From assembly GCA_030390025.1 (NCBI GenBank), contig CM059432.1, forward strand, positions 17,858,001 to 17,922,000: a DNA stretch of 64,000 nt, given 5' to 3'. The DNA comes from Squalus acanthias. Taxonomy: Eukaryota. A model generated the notes under the pieces. The model saw only the letters and a program-made list of their open reading frames with translations. It was not told the DNA's origin and ran no database searches. Both the position numbers and the translations under genes were made by a program. Every line of letters starts with the position of its first letter. Positions within the stretch are counted from its first letter, which is position 1. Positions 12,439 to 26,160 of the stretch are shown piece after piece.

Positions 12439-13734
12439 TGTAACACTGGAAAAGCAGTGTTGCCCAATAGAAATCGCTGATTGTTTTGGTTATGTGGACT
12501 AACTTTAATAGCAAACGCCATGCACACAATACAGGTAAATGTACTTCACGTGTATACTTACACAACAAACATCTACCACATTCAGTGTGAAACTTTGCCG
12601 TTTTTCTCTTTCACTAAAGTTTGGAACTCTGGTTTGAATTGATCAGAGTCAGCGCATCGGTTAGGTTTTTGTCCAGCAGTTGCGAGCGGCACTTTGCCTT
12701 CAGTCGTCAATAGTGATTGCTGAGAATGGTGACTCGCACAAGATGGTGCGCAGACCCATCCTTGCTCTCCATCCGGAATGCGGTTGGACGCTGCTCGCCC
12801 TTTGACATGAGGAACCCTGTTGGAATTGCTCACTATTGCTTGGGCTTGCTTTCTTGCACTGGCCTGGAGCGGTTATTCCGATTGGTCGAGCTGACCACCA
12901 TGACAGCTGACCTCTCCATACAATGTTACCATGGTGCTGAAGCCCGGTGTTTTCATCCGTGTTACCCACCATAATAGCAGATAACCAATAAGCAGGAACC
13001 GAGGAAGTAAAGCACGTACAACAATCAAAATAACACACACCCTCTGCATTTCATCTTCCCATTTTACCAACAAACGCACAACAAGGTTAAAGTACACATG
13101 CATACCCTGTGCGAATGTGAGGATTGAGGTCACATACCCACAATGGTGCCTATTACTCATTTTTATTTACCAACCAAAAATGCATTTAGCCGCACCTGGA
13201 TTCCCATTTAGCCAGATGTGGCTCGTGGCTAATGTATTGGACCACACCGAATTAAAGGATCCTCGAGTAAGACAAAAAAAGAGGGACAGAGCACTAGCGA
13301 ATGTATTGAGCTGATCCCCAGTGAACACCGAAAGAAGCGAGAAGAAAGGCTTCTCTTCCCATGAATCCAGGGCTATCATGAGATTCTCTGTTTAATAACT
13401 TGTGAAATAAACATATCTAAGTTTGTAATTGAATGAACATTACATATATAAAAGGAAAAGAAAAGTAATTACCCTATAATTCTGCTTCTTCTGTTTTCGG
13501 AATCCCTTTTTCGAAACCTTTATGACTATACTGGGTTAATATTAGTTGAATGATGTCCTACTATTGTAACCGATTTAGAGATATCACACAACACCTGGAT
13601 CAGGCAGGTTGAGCTTTGGGGACAAGGGCACAGATGTGTTGCGCATAACTGAATAGAAATGGCAAATTGAGATGATGAGGCCAATTGCTACAATAGTCCC
13701 TCTTTTCATGTCACGTCCCGATGATGTCATGAAA

Positions 13735-14830
13735 CAGCAACAACAACTTGTATTTATATAGCACCTTTAATGTAGTAAAACGTCCAAAGGCGCTTCACGG
13801 GAGTATTAAAAGACAAAACATTTGACACCGAACCACATGAGGAGAAATTAGGGCAAGTGAAAGAGGTAGGTTTTAAGTAGAGTCTTAAAGGAGGAAAGAG
13901 AGGTAGCGAGGCGGAGAGGTTTAGGCAGGGAATTCCAGAGCTTTGGGCCCAGGCAACAGAAGGCACGGCCACCAATGGTTGAGCGATTATAATCAGGGAT
14001 GCTCAAGAGGGCAGAATTAGAGGAGCGCAGATATCTCAGGGGGGTTGTGGGGCTGGAGATGTTTACAGAGATAGGGAGGGGCGAGGCCATGGAGGGATTT
14101 GAAAACAAGGATGAGAATTTTGAAATCGAGGCGTTGCTTAACCGGGAGCCAATGTAAGTCAGCGAGCACAGGGGTTATGGGTGAACGGGACTCGGTGCGA
14201 GTTAGGACACGGGCAGCTTTGAATCACCTCAAATTTACGTAGGGTGGAATGTGGGAGGCCAACCAGGAGTGCGTTGGAATAGTCAAGTCTAGAGGTAACA
14301 AAGGCATGGATGAGGGTTTCAGCAGCGGATGAGCTGAGGCAAAGGCGGAGACGGGCGATGTTATGGAGGTGGAAATAGGCGGTCTTAGTTATGCTGCGGA
14401 TATGTGGTTGGAAGCTCATTTCAGGGTCAAATATGACACCAAGGTTGCGAACAGTGTGGTTCAGCCTCAGACAGATGTTAGGGAGAAGGATTGAGTCGGC
14501 GGCTAGGGAACGGAGTTTGTGGCGGGGACCGAAAACAATGGCTTCAGTCTTCCCAATATTTAATTGGAGAAAATTTCTGCTCATCCAGAACTGGACGTTG
14601 GACAAGCAGTCTGACAATTTAGAGACAGTGGCAGGGTCGAGAGAAGTGGTGGTGAGGTAGAGCCGGGCGTCGTCAGCGTACATGTGGAAACTGACGCTGT
14701 GTTTTCGGATGATGTCGCCAAGGGGCAGCATGTAGCTGAGAAATAGGAGGGGGCCAAGGATAGATTCCTGGGGGACCCCAGAGGTAACGATGCGGGAGCG
14801 GGAAGAGCAGCCGTTGCAGGTGCGACGACT
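13735..14830 (-). mobile_element. L2 LINE 3' fragment
   Basis: YADD, LQLNIGKTE, RNLGVIFD, LIHAFVTSRLDYSN; (ttg)n tail. Confidence 0.9.
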
Positions 14831-16800
14831 GCAATATTAACTTGCTGGCCTGAGTGGGAAGCGGCAGCGAGTTTCCCGCCAACCAACCCAGCGAGGAAGA
14901 GGATCGAGGCCAGAAGGGGCAAGTTTTTAAAACTTTCTTTGTTTATTCTCCTCGTGGGTCCAAGAGGAGCAGGAGAGCAGGGGCCCTGATGCTGGGACCA
15001 ATCCCTGCGCCCAGTTCGTGCCAGCCAGCTGGCGTGTACCAGTTTCTAGGCCAAAGTATCAGTTTTAAGAATATTGAGGCTGCTGTGGTTAATTCCTTTG
15101 TTCTGAGTGTACTTTGTTTTTTTTATCCTTCATTAAGTACAACTTTCTTTTCCGGTCAGTGTTCAAACTCAATTGAAATAGTTTATCGAAAATAGCTTCT
15201 TTTTTCTGCATTCCGAAACATTTTGCTCCCAGCATGGCCTGAACAGACTAATCTGTCCATCATTACCTTACTGTCGTTAGTTAAATTCTTCCTCTTCACA
15301 GCTCAGTGAAGTGCTGCTGTATTACATATTTTTTTTTTGACGTTTCTGCAAAATCTCACATTTTAGGAAATGAAATGTAAACATCCAAACTTTTCACCAG
15401 AAAATATTCCTGTGCACTCAAAATGGGGTTAAAAAGGAACTTTTTTCCAGGGTATCAATGCTAACTCAGTGATTTCAATGTCTCCTCCCTTCTCCTGGCC
15501 AATATTTATCCCTCAACCAACATAACAAAAAAACAGATTCACTGGTCATTATCACATTGCTGTTTGTGGGAGCTTGCTGTGCGCAAATTAGCTGCCGTGT
15601 TTCCCACATTACAACAGTGACTCCACTTCAAAAGTACTTCATTGGCTGTAAAGCGCTTTGAGACGTCCGGTGGTCGTGAAAGGCACTATATAAATGCAAG
15701 TCTTTCTTTCTTTCTTCTCCCCCGACCCATCCTCCCCTTCATCTTCATTGTGCAGCGTCATTAGCAGCAGGGAACCAACTCCAACCAGAATATACGGGAC
15801 AAGTGCATTTATTTAAAGGTTAGCTCTAAATCCAAGCTGTTTTATTGGCAAAACTCTGCCGTCCCCTTGACCTTTCACGGAGAGACTCTTCTTGCTGCAG
15901 AGAGCCTTATTTTCATGCACGTCACGTTAAGGAAAGGAAAAATGAAGAACGATTGGTTTTGGAGCCACAGTTTTTCCCTGAATATAAATGAATATGCCCT
16001 CCAGGAATATAAATCCATTGTACACCATAAATTCAAGAAAAGCAGCATCTAAACATACCAGGAGTTGAGTTCCTCACTTTATTCCATCCATTTGTATTTT
16101 TAATCTATTATCCTCATTTGAATTCCTCAAAGATGCCTTTTTAAAAATGATATATACATTTAATATTTGTTTTTATAGCTAAATAAGTGGAGAATTGAAT
16201 CCTGCTCCAGCCAGACCTGCTCTGGTAACGTGCATTAACCCTAACCGTAGAAGGTCATCCTCTTTTGCAACAGCGTTATATTCCCATTTCTCATTCTTAT
16301 GGGTTCTGAGTGAATTACTGATCTTTGGGTGGTTTTTGTGCTTTGGTCAATACCCCTTCGGAATTGGCTTGAGACTTCTCAAATTTATTCTACAAAGGAG
16401 CCTTACTGCTAACAGACAGAGGAGACTTTCATCCGATCACTCAGATTCAGACTCAGCTTTGAGGTGAAAGGCCAGGAGGGTAATCAACTGAACTACCCAG
16501 TACCCATTCGGATTGATGTTAACCTTTGACACAGGGAGAAATCAGTGCATCCATGTATTATGGAAATGATATTTTATGAATACACTTGGAATGTGGGAGA
16601 TAAATCATACACATTTTATAATGAACAGAGACCTATGCCTTAAATATCACTGCCAGTATGAGATATAACTGGAAGTATATGAAACTGAACAGGGCCTTTC
16701 GTCAACTTTGAAATGATGAAATTCTGGAGCGAGTGTAAGATTTGACATTTTGGGGTGAAAATAAAGCTAATATGCATAACTGAGACAGTGAAAACAACTT

Positions 16801-17494
16801 GGGGGAAAAATTGGGTTGCTTTGCGCCTTCCGTTTAACGGGGCGCAAAGCCCCTAGCGTCTGGGCGCGGTGCCGCTAACGCCTCCCGCGAAATTCAGTGG
16901 GAAGCGTTAGTGGCGGCGGGAGCTGATAGCACCCCGCCGCACTGTGCCTCCGGCAATGGCGTCATCGCCGTGCGCAGCGCCCCGCTCGTGCCCCGGCCGC
17001 AAACTTCAGTTGCGCCCCCTGACCTATCGCCGGACGATATGTCCGACAGGGTCAGGGTGATGGTTTGCAGCCGCGGCGACGCAATTTAAAGGGCAGGTGC
17101 CGGGCGGCCATTTTTATTTTGGCCGACTGCCAGCACCTGCCCCTTCCCCTTTTTTATGCGGGGTGCCGGTCGTGATCGCTCAGCCCGGCACTCCTGCTCT
17201 CTCGGCACACTGCTCCCCGGTGGTCCAGCAAGGCCCCGGTGCACGCTGTGCTAGGCTCCTCCTCTTTAATCAGGGGAGGGAGGCCTGCAATACGTGCATT
17301 GCGCTGTTGCACGTAGCGCCGCTGCGATATTCACTTGTAGCTCCCCAGGAAGGAGGGGGAGCGCTTCCAATAGCGTCCCGCTCCCTCTTGGGGCGCTACC
17401 ACTGAATTTACGGCACAGGGGCGCTAACTTTTTCGGGAAGTAGCACCCCAGCGAAGTTAGTGCCCCAAAGGGGGCACCACTGAATTTTTCCCCC
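16801..17494. mobile_element. Harbinger MITE
   Basis: TIR GGGGGAAAAATT at both ends, perfect TSD CTT, GC-rich with GCGCC/GGCGCTAA motifs. Confidence 0.9.
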
Positions 17495-17507
17495 CTTGAA
17501 TTTACGT

Positions 17508-19971
17508 AACATAAGAACATAAGAACATAAGAAATAGGAGCAGGAGTAGGCCAATCGGCCCCTCGAGCCTGCTCCGCCATTCAATAAGATCATGGCTGAT
17601 CTGATCCTAACCGCCAATCTACTATCTATCACAGAACCATCTCCTGCATCTAACAGAATTGCACACACGAAATAGGAGCAGAATCAGGCTACACAGTCCC
17701 TGGGCCCGCTCCACTACCCACAGGGCCATGACCGATCCGAACCTAGACTCATGTCCAAATTCCTGCCCGCTCCCCGTAACCCTTAATGCCCTTTACTTCT
17801 AGGAAACTGTCTATTTCTGTTTTAAATTTAATTAATGTTGTAGCTTCTACAGCTTTTTGTGGCAGCATATTCCATGGACCTACCACCCTCTGAGTGAAGT
17901 AGTTCCTCCTCATCTCAGTTTTGAAAGAGCAGCCCCTTATTCTAAGACTATGTCCCCTAGTTCTCGTCTCACCCGTCATCGGGAACATCCTCCCCGCATC
18001 CACCCGATCCAACCCCTTCACAATCTTATATGTTTCAATAAGATCGCCTCTCATTCTTCTGAACTCCAATGAGTAGAGTCCCAATCTACCCAACCTCTCC
18101 TCATATGACCACCCCCTCATCCCCGGGATTAACCGAGTGAACCTTTTTTGCACTGCCTCGAGAGCAAGGATGTCTTTCCTTAAGTAAGGACACCAAAACT
18201 GTATGCAGTATTCCAGGTGCGGTCTCACCAATACCTTGTACAACTGAAGCAATACCTCCCTATTTTTATATTCTATCCCCCTAGCAATGAAAGCCAACAT
18301 TCCATTTGCCTTCTTAATCACTTGCTGCACCTGCATACTAACCTTTTGAGTTTCGTGCACCAGGACCCCCAGATCCCTTTGCACTTCAGTACTCTCCAGT
18401 TTCTTGCCATTAAGATAATAAATTGCTCTAGGATTTTTCCTGCCAAAGTGCATCACCTCACACTTTCCAGTGTTGTATTCCATCTGCCAAATCTCTGCCC
18501 ACTTACTTAGCCTGTCTATGTCCCCTTGCAGGTTTTTTATGTCCTCCTCACTCACTACTTTCCCTCCCATCTTTGTATCATCTGCAAATTTTGATATGTT
18601 ACACTTGGTCCCTTCCTCCAAATCGTTAATATAGATTGTGAAGAGTTGGGGACCCAGCACTGACCCCTGTGGAACACCACTAGTTACTGATTGCCAGTCT
18701 GAGAATGAACCATTTATCCCAACTCTTTGCTTTCTGTTAGATAGCCAATCCTCTATCCATGCCAGAATATTACCCCCAATCCTGTGATTTTTTACCTTAA
18801 GCAATAATCTTTTGTGTGGCACCTTGTCAAATGCCTTTTGGAAGTCTAAATACACTACGTCCACTGGTTCCCCTTTATCCACTCTATATGTTACTTCCTC
18901 AAAGAACTCCAGCAAATTTGTCAAACATGACTTCCCCTTCGTAAAACCATGCTGACTTTGTCCTATTAAATTATGATTATCCAAATGTCCTGTTACTGTT
19001 TCCTTAATAATGGACTCCAAAATTTTACCTACCACAGATGTTAGGCTAACCGGTCTATAGTTACCAGCCTTCTGTCTACTGCCCTTTTTAAATAAGGGTG
19101 TTACATTAGCAGTTTTCCAGTCTGCCGGGACCTTAGCGGAATCCAGGGAGTTTTGAAAAATTATTACCAATGCATCTACAATCCCTACCGCCACTTCCTT
19201 CAAGACTCTAGGATGTAAGCCATCAGGTCCAGGTGATTTATCCGCCTTGAGTCCCATTATTTTACCGAGTACCACTTCCTTAGTGATTTTGATCGTGTTT
19301 AGCTCCTCTCCCCCTATAGCCCCCTGTTTGTCCAGTGTTGGGATATTCTTAGTGTCCTCTACTGTAAAGACTGATACAAAATATTCATTCAGTGTTTTTG
19401 CCATCTCCATATTTCCCACCATTAATTTCCCGGTCTCATCCTCTAAGGGACCAACATTTACTTTAGCCACCCTTTTTCTTTTTATATAACTATAAAAACT
19501 CTTACTATCTGTTTTTATATTTTTTGCTAATTTACTTTCATAATCTATCTTCCCTTTCTTAATCAATCTTTTTGTTATTTTTTGCTGCCTTTTAAAGTTT
19601 TCCCAATCCTCTGTCCTCCCACTAGATTTCGCTACCTTATATGCCCTTGTTTTTAGTCGAATACTATCCTTAATTTCTTTACTTAGCCACGGATGACTGT
19701 CCTTTCTTTTACACCCTTTTCTTTTCAGTGGAATATATTTTTTTTGGAAGTTGTAAAATAACTCCTTGAATGTACACCACTGATCATGTGTCGTCTTACC
19801 CTTTAATCTATTTTCCCAATCCACTCTACTCAATTCCGCTCGCATACCTTCATAGTCTCCTTTATTCAAGCTTAGCACGCTTGTTTGAGATCCAACCTTC
19901 TCACCCTCTAATTGAATATGGAATTCAACCATGTTATGGTCACTCATTCCAAGGGGATCCTTTACTAGGAC
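17508..19971 (-). mobile_element. Young 5'-truncated CR1 LINE with ~740 codons of open ORF2
   Basis: RT motifs YRPVSLTS, GVPQGSVLGP and KFADD; (ttcttatg)n tail. The first ~40 aa of the listed ORF come from flanking DNA. Confidence 0.95.
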
Positions 19972-20910
19972 ATTTTTAACATTAGTAACATCCTCAGGAC
20001 ATCTCAAAGCACTTCTTATCCAATGAATCAGTTTTGATGTGTTGTCACTGATGTCATGTAGTAAATACAGCAGCCAATTTATGCACAGCAAGATCTGACA
20101 TACAGTAAATGAGAGGAAGACAGAAGGTGTTAGAAATGGAAATGTCCCACTGATGTATTAGGGCTTCTCTTTTAAGGTTGGGGCGGAGGAGCATTTGGCC
20201 TATTCATACCTGACCTGGAAATGTTTAACGTGGACAGTGAGTGACGAAATTGGCAATTTCCCCAGCATTGCCATCCCTCACCTTAATGAGCACAAAGTCC
20301 ACGTTGAGTAAAACTAGAGGCTCCAGCTGAAATCTATGGATATCATAAGTTATATACCACTCCCAATCACAGACATATCCTCAGGCACTAGTTTATTAGG
20401 GTTTGATGTGTGGAGGTTACAATGACTGAGAATAGGCACAAAGGGACAGATATATGTGGAGAAAAAAAATTCTGTTCGATGTTCACAATAAACTAATAAA
20501 AATACCACGGATAGAATCTGTGATGGTTTGCTCAGCGATGGGGCGCTATGTTTGGAATTCTTGTGAGGAACTACCTCCAGAAACAGGTTCTTCCACCCCG
20601 GGCACTAATTTGCTCTGGGTGGCCCGGAGTGGATTGGAAAACCAAGCAGTAAATTAGCTCATTCGCCCAACAACAATTTCTCCCTATTTAGAGTGGAATT
20701 CCCAAATTTAAATCCGCTAACGTCTGCCAAGTGGATTTTCTGCGATGTGCCAGCCAATCCCTTCAACCTCCACAAAGTTCACCAAGGAGCTGAGTAGTAA
20801 TCTTACTCATTCAGCACTGCCTGACTGGGAGGAGGAAGCAGGTCCAATAGTAACTTTCAAAAGGGAATTGGATATATACTTGAAAAGGAAAAAATGTGCA
20901 GGGCTATGGG

Positions 20911-21068
20911 CAATGTTCCCTTTAAGCTGCGCGGCTGCCCGGCGCTCTGGAGGTCCCGCGCAGCCAGTTCGCCAGCTTTAAAATGGAAAAACCGCGCATG
21001 CGCAGAATTTTGATTGGGCCGCGCAGCCCGTTAATGCATGGCCCAAAAAAAAATTAGAGGGAACATTG
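20911..21068. mobile_element. Short non-autonomous DNA transposon, hAT-like
   Basis: 15-bp TIR CAATGTTCCCTYTAA. Left flank gctatggg, right flank gctatg then a SINE (consistent with an 8-bp TSD). Truncated relative at ~55098-55157. Confidence 0.7.
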
Positions 21069-21073
21069 GCTAT

Positions 21074-21526
21074 GAAAGACTTGCATTTATATAGCGCCTT
21101 TCACGACCACCGGACGTCTCAAAGCACTTTACAGCCAATGAAGTACTTTTGAAGTGGAGTCACTGTTGTAATTTGGGAAACGCGGCAGCCAATTTGCGCA
21201 CAGCAAGCTCCCACAAACAGCAATGTGATAACGACCAGATAATCTGTTTTTGTTATGTGGGTTGAGGGATAAATATTGACCAGGACACCGGGGATAACGC
21301 CCCTACTCTTCTTCGAAATAGTGCCATGGGATCTTTTATATCCACCTGAGAGAGCAGACGGGGCCTCGGTTTAACATCTCATCCGAAAGACGGCACCTCC
21401 GACAGTGCAGCACTCCCTCAGCATGTCAGGCTAGCTTTGTGTGCTCAAGTCCCTGGAGTGGGACTATGAACCCACAACCTTCTGCCTCAGAGGCAAGTGT
21501 GCTACCCACTGAGCCACAGCTGACAC
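21074..21526 (-). mobile_element. DeuSINE, full length
   Basis: Collinear with 11973-12438. Confidence 0.85.
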
Positions 21527-23566
21527 TAGAGGAAAGAGCGGGTGAGTGGGACTAATTGGATAGCTCTTTCAAAGAGCCAGAACAGGCACGATGGGCCAAA
21601 TAGCCGCCTTCAGTGCTGTATGATTCTATGTTTAAAAAAACACTGAAAGCTTTTTGTTTTGAAAAGAATCAGAAACTTTGAGGTGGTCCTTCTTGTGGCT
21701 ACTGGGAGGTATAACATTTAGCATCACTCAGATGGGAAGATTGTGTTCCATATCTGACAGATTTACCTTAATATTAATAATTTAACATACAAAGATAGCA
21801 CGCTCACAATTTCTGATGTTTGTGTCGGAGACCAAAGCCCTGTTGGTAGCACAAATCTGGTGTAAAAAAACTGGAACAATTGTCCTTTCCCCACCAGCAC
21901 AAGCAACAGGAATTATGGGCTGCATTCTGTATTCCATTCTTAATTAGAATTCTCTCTTTGTGGATCGAGTATCTAAGGCATTCAGCAAACTCGTGGATGA
22001 TTTATTAGAACAGCAATCACACACACGCCCAACAACACTGTGTTTTTCTGTTTGTCATCTGCTCTCTCTCCCTCTTTATGTGTCTGCAGGCTGGGTTCTC
22101 CTCTGTGATCCTGCTCACAATGGGGCCGAATACTGGTGGAGAGAATGCAGCAAAATCCAGCAGTGAGGTCTACCACTGCCTCACCGCCACAACCTGGATT
22201 TCGCTCCCTCCACTGGCCCCCCCCCTCCCCAACCAACCAACAAGCAAATGATGGGGATTACCCGCCGCAGTTGAATCGGCTGCTGGCAGCCACTGTTGAG
22301 ACCAAATGACAAAATGGCCGCAGGGGTAGCATAGCCAGAACATGTGGAACCATATCCCAGCAAAAGTCAGTGCCGTCAGGAAAGGAGGATCGAACACAGG
22401 AAGGGGGTAAAATAAATAAATACAAACAACCATCGCGAATTTCCTGTGAGAAACTTTCCTCTTCACATTCACGCTGAGTTCTACTACTAGTTCTGATACA
22501 CAGATTGCAGACTGTATCATGACTTAAATGTTTTCGTTTTCAGGTTCAACAGGGGGCTCCATAATTGACAGCGACTGAGCCACAGTATTTACCCAACATG
22601 AATAAAGTTTGGTGAGGTGCAGGACTGTTCCAAACACTGACTGTACTGAATGCCAGACCCCAACAGGGCCTTTATTCGTTGTTTTTCGCTGAGGCCTGTT
22701 GCTTTGCTCTGAACTCAGTATTCGTAATTTGCTGTTAGTTGTTTAGTGGAACTGCTCTGTTTATACTGAGGGACCCCTCCAGGAATTAAGAAGGACGCAA
22801 GCATAAAAAGAAAATGGCCTCCCGCGCTCTGAAAGCTGCCTCCTTTCTGTTGCTGGCTCACGCTTCTGTTTCCGCCCACTTGCTTGCTTTGTTGGTTCTG
22901 CTGAATTTTAGCTAAATTTAAAAACGAATTAGAAGGCACACAAATGATTTACTTTTATTAAATCGGTGACTATGCATCCAACAATGCATGTCTTCCGTGT
23001 GCACTTGCATGAGTAGATGATTTTAATAAACAGTTTTGCGCCTTTTATTTTTGCCTCCTACTCAAGTCTCTCCCTTCTTTTCCTGAAGACAGCGATGTGA
23101 GTTGGGCTTCAGTTCTGTAGGCTACAGTAGCTCTAGCAAAAGAAAAAAAAGAAAGACTTGCATTTATGTAGCGCCTTTCATGACCTCAGAGCGTCCCAAA
23201 GCGCTTTGCAGCCAATGAAGTACGTTTGGAGTGTAGTCACTGTTGTAATGTGGGAAACACAGCAGCCAATTTGCGCTCAGCAAGCTCCCACAAACAGCAA
23301 TGTGATAATGACCAGATCATCTGGTTTTTTTGTTATGATGATTGAGGGATAAATATTGGCCAAGACACCGAGAATAACGCCTATGCTCTTCTTCAAAATA
23401 GTGCCATGGGATCTTTTACGTCCACCTGAGAGAGCAGACACGGCCTCAGTTTAATGTCTCATCCAAAAGACAACACCTCCGACAGTGCAGCACTCCCTCA
23501 GTACTGTACTGGAGTGTCAGCCTAGATTTTTGTGCTCTGGTCTTTATAGTGGGACTTGAACCCACA

Positions 23567-24333
23567 AATGATTTGGATGAGGGAACCAAATGTAATATTT
23601 CCAAGTTTGCTGACGAAGGTGTCCTTGTACACCAGTCACTCAAAGCAAACATGCAGGTGCAGCAAGCAGTTAGGAAGGCAAATGGTATGTTGGCCTTCAT
23701 TGCAAGAGGATTTGAGTACAGGAGCAAGGATGTCTTACTACAGTTATACAGGGCCTTGGTGAGACCACACCTGGAGTACTGTGTGCAGTTTTGGTCTCCT
23801 TATCTAAGAAAGGATATACTTGCCATAGAGGGAGTGCAGCGAAGGTTCATCAGACTGATTCCTGGGATGGCAGGACTGTCGTATGAGGAGAGATTGGGTT
23901 GACTAGACCTGTATTCACTAGAGTTTAGAAGATTGAGAGGGGATCTCATTGAAAGGTATAAAATTCTGACAGGGCTAGACAGACTGGATGCAGGGAGGAT
24001 GTTTCCCCTGGCTGGGGGATCTAGAACGAGGGGTCACAGTCTCAGGATATGGGGTAGGACATTTAGGACTGAGATGAGGAGAAATTTCTTCACTCAGAGG
24101 GTGGTGAACCTGTGGAATTTTCTACCACAGATGGCTGTGGAGGCCAAGTCACTGAATATATTTAAGAAGGAGATAGATAGATTTCTAGACACAAAAGGCA
24201 TCAAGGGGCATGGGGAGAGAGCGGGAATATGGTATTGAGATAGAGGATCAGCCATGATCATATTGAAAGGCGGAGCAGGCTCGAAGGGCCGAATGGCCTA
24301 CTCCTGCTCCTATTTTTCTATGTTTCTATGTTT
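23567..24333 (+). mobile_element. CR1 3' fragment with internal deletion, inserted in a DeuSINE
   Basis: KFAD joined directly to GVLVHQ; RPHLEYCVQFW; (tttctatg)n tail. Confidence 0.85.
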
Positions 24334-25146
24334 CTTCTGCCTCAGAGGCGAGAGTGTTACACACTGAGCCAAGTCTGACTCTAAAATAGTACTACTATAG
24401 TGCCTCATTTAAGTAGCCATTCATTCGGGAGCCCAGACAGAGTGTTCTGGCTGGCTACTCAACCACGAGGGAATCGCAGGTGAGCCCGATCTTGTCTGTA
24501 ACTGAAGGCCACAAACCTGCGCCGTCTGTCAGGGCTCACTGAACTGAGATTAGGAGCGCAGATCATTTTCACCTGTTTCTCTTTCATTTTCTGATTCACC
24601 CTCTCTCCCCGTAAGAAGTGGCCTGGGCCTCCAGTCAGCCTGCCCAACCCCTCCCATGTAAATGGACCGCTGCCAGGGCAATTCCAGGGACCAATTTCAG
24701 GTCCATCACTCAATGTGGCAGTGCAGAGTTGGACCAACTCACCGGTTCAAGTCCTATCTGCTTCTTAAATGCTGGCGACATTGCAAGTGTAGCTATGCCC
24801 CATGCTTTTTAACTGCCTCGGGAAATGAGCCAAGAGATGACTCACCATCTTATCGTGCTCAAGATAAGGATAGAGAAAATCTAACTCCATTATGAGAATA
24901 CTAGCAAAGGGGTCATAATATATTTCTTATATCAATACAAGTTAATTAGTGAAACAAGATACCATCATGAAATTTGATGAGAAACGGCAACTGGTGATAT
25001 TTTTCACAAATGCCAAGGAGGACCCATCAAGAAAGACGAAAGGAGTTTATTACAGCAAAGCAGCAGATATTACATTACATAGAATTGCAGCACAAAAACA
25101 GGCCATTCGGCCCAACTGGTCTATGCTGGTATTTATGCTCCACATG

Positions 25147-25590
25147 AGCCATGACTCAGCTGGTAGCATTCTTGGCTCTGAGTCTAGAAGGTTGTGGGTT
25201 CAAGTCCCACTCCAGAGACTTGAGCACAAAAATCTAGGCCGACACTCCAGTGCAGTGCTGAGGGAGTGCTGCACTGTCGGAGGTGCCGTCTTTCAGATGA
25301 GACATTAAACCGAGGCCCCGGCTGCTCTCTCAGGTGGACGTAAAAGATCCACGGCACTATTTCGAAGAAGAGCAGAGCTGGCCAATATTTATCCCTCAAT
25401 CAACATCACTAATACAGATTATCTGGTCATTATCACATTGCTGTTTGTGGGAGCTTGCTGTGCGCAAGTTGGCTGCTGTGTTTCCCACATTACAACAGTG
25501 ACTCCACTTCAAAAGTACTTCATTGGATGTAAAGCGCTTTGGGACGTCCTGAGGTCATGAAAGGCGCTATATAATTGCAAGTCCTTCTTT
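25147..25590 (+). mobile_element. DeuSINE. Further copies or fragments at ~15494-15714(+), 23140-23569 with 24334-24379(-), 29120-29328(-), 34602-34922(-), 36422-36518(-) and 56045-56330(-)
   Basis: Same head, core and tail. Confidence 0.85.
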
Positions 25591-26121
25591 ATTTTTTTTC
25601 TCCCACCCTACTTCAGCTAACCCTATCAAGATCTGCTTCTATCCCTTTCTGCCTCATGTACTTATCTAGTTACCCCTTAAATGCATCTATGCAATTCGCC
25701 TCAACCACTGCTTGTGGTAGCGAGTGTTCCACATTCTAACCGCCCTCTGGATAAAACAATGCAATAACTCAACCTGCATATTGCTTCTGTGTAAAATGTA
25801 TGATGGAATGGTTCTGCTCTGCACCCATCCTTAAATCACATTGGAGTGGGCCTCAAACAGGCAGGCTGGATACAATCTACGTCTGCGGCTAATACAACAG
25901 ACATCATTGCTAACCGACTGACACCACAAAGCGAAGCAAATCAATGAACACAAAGCATTCAAATTGTCTAAACGAGGCAATAAAAATTCCCTTTGTGTCT
26001 CCCCTCTCTATTAACAGTGACATTAACAAAATATGATGTGGAGATGCCGGCGTTGGACTGGGGTGGACAAAAATGAGAAGTCGCACAACACCAGGTTATA
26101 GTCCAACAGATTTATTTAATT

Positions 26122-26160
26122 TTACAAGCTTTCGAAGCAGTTCGCTCCTTCGTCAGGTAA
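26122..26160 (-). ncRNA. Minimal type I hammerhead ribozyme motif
   Basis: UUAC CUGACGA A GGAGC-gaacu-GCUUC GAAAGCUU GUAA: stem I UUAC/GUAA, palindromic AAGCUU helix III, NUH = CUU. Confidence 0.72.

Noticed and set aside
19972..20091. N-terminus of the 780-aa ORF (and 38517-38594 of the 476-aa ORF) as a fusion protein
   Set aside because: Chance open frame in flanking repeat DNA upstream of 5'-truncated CR1 copies.
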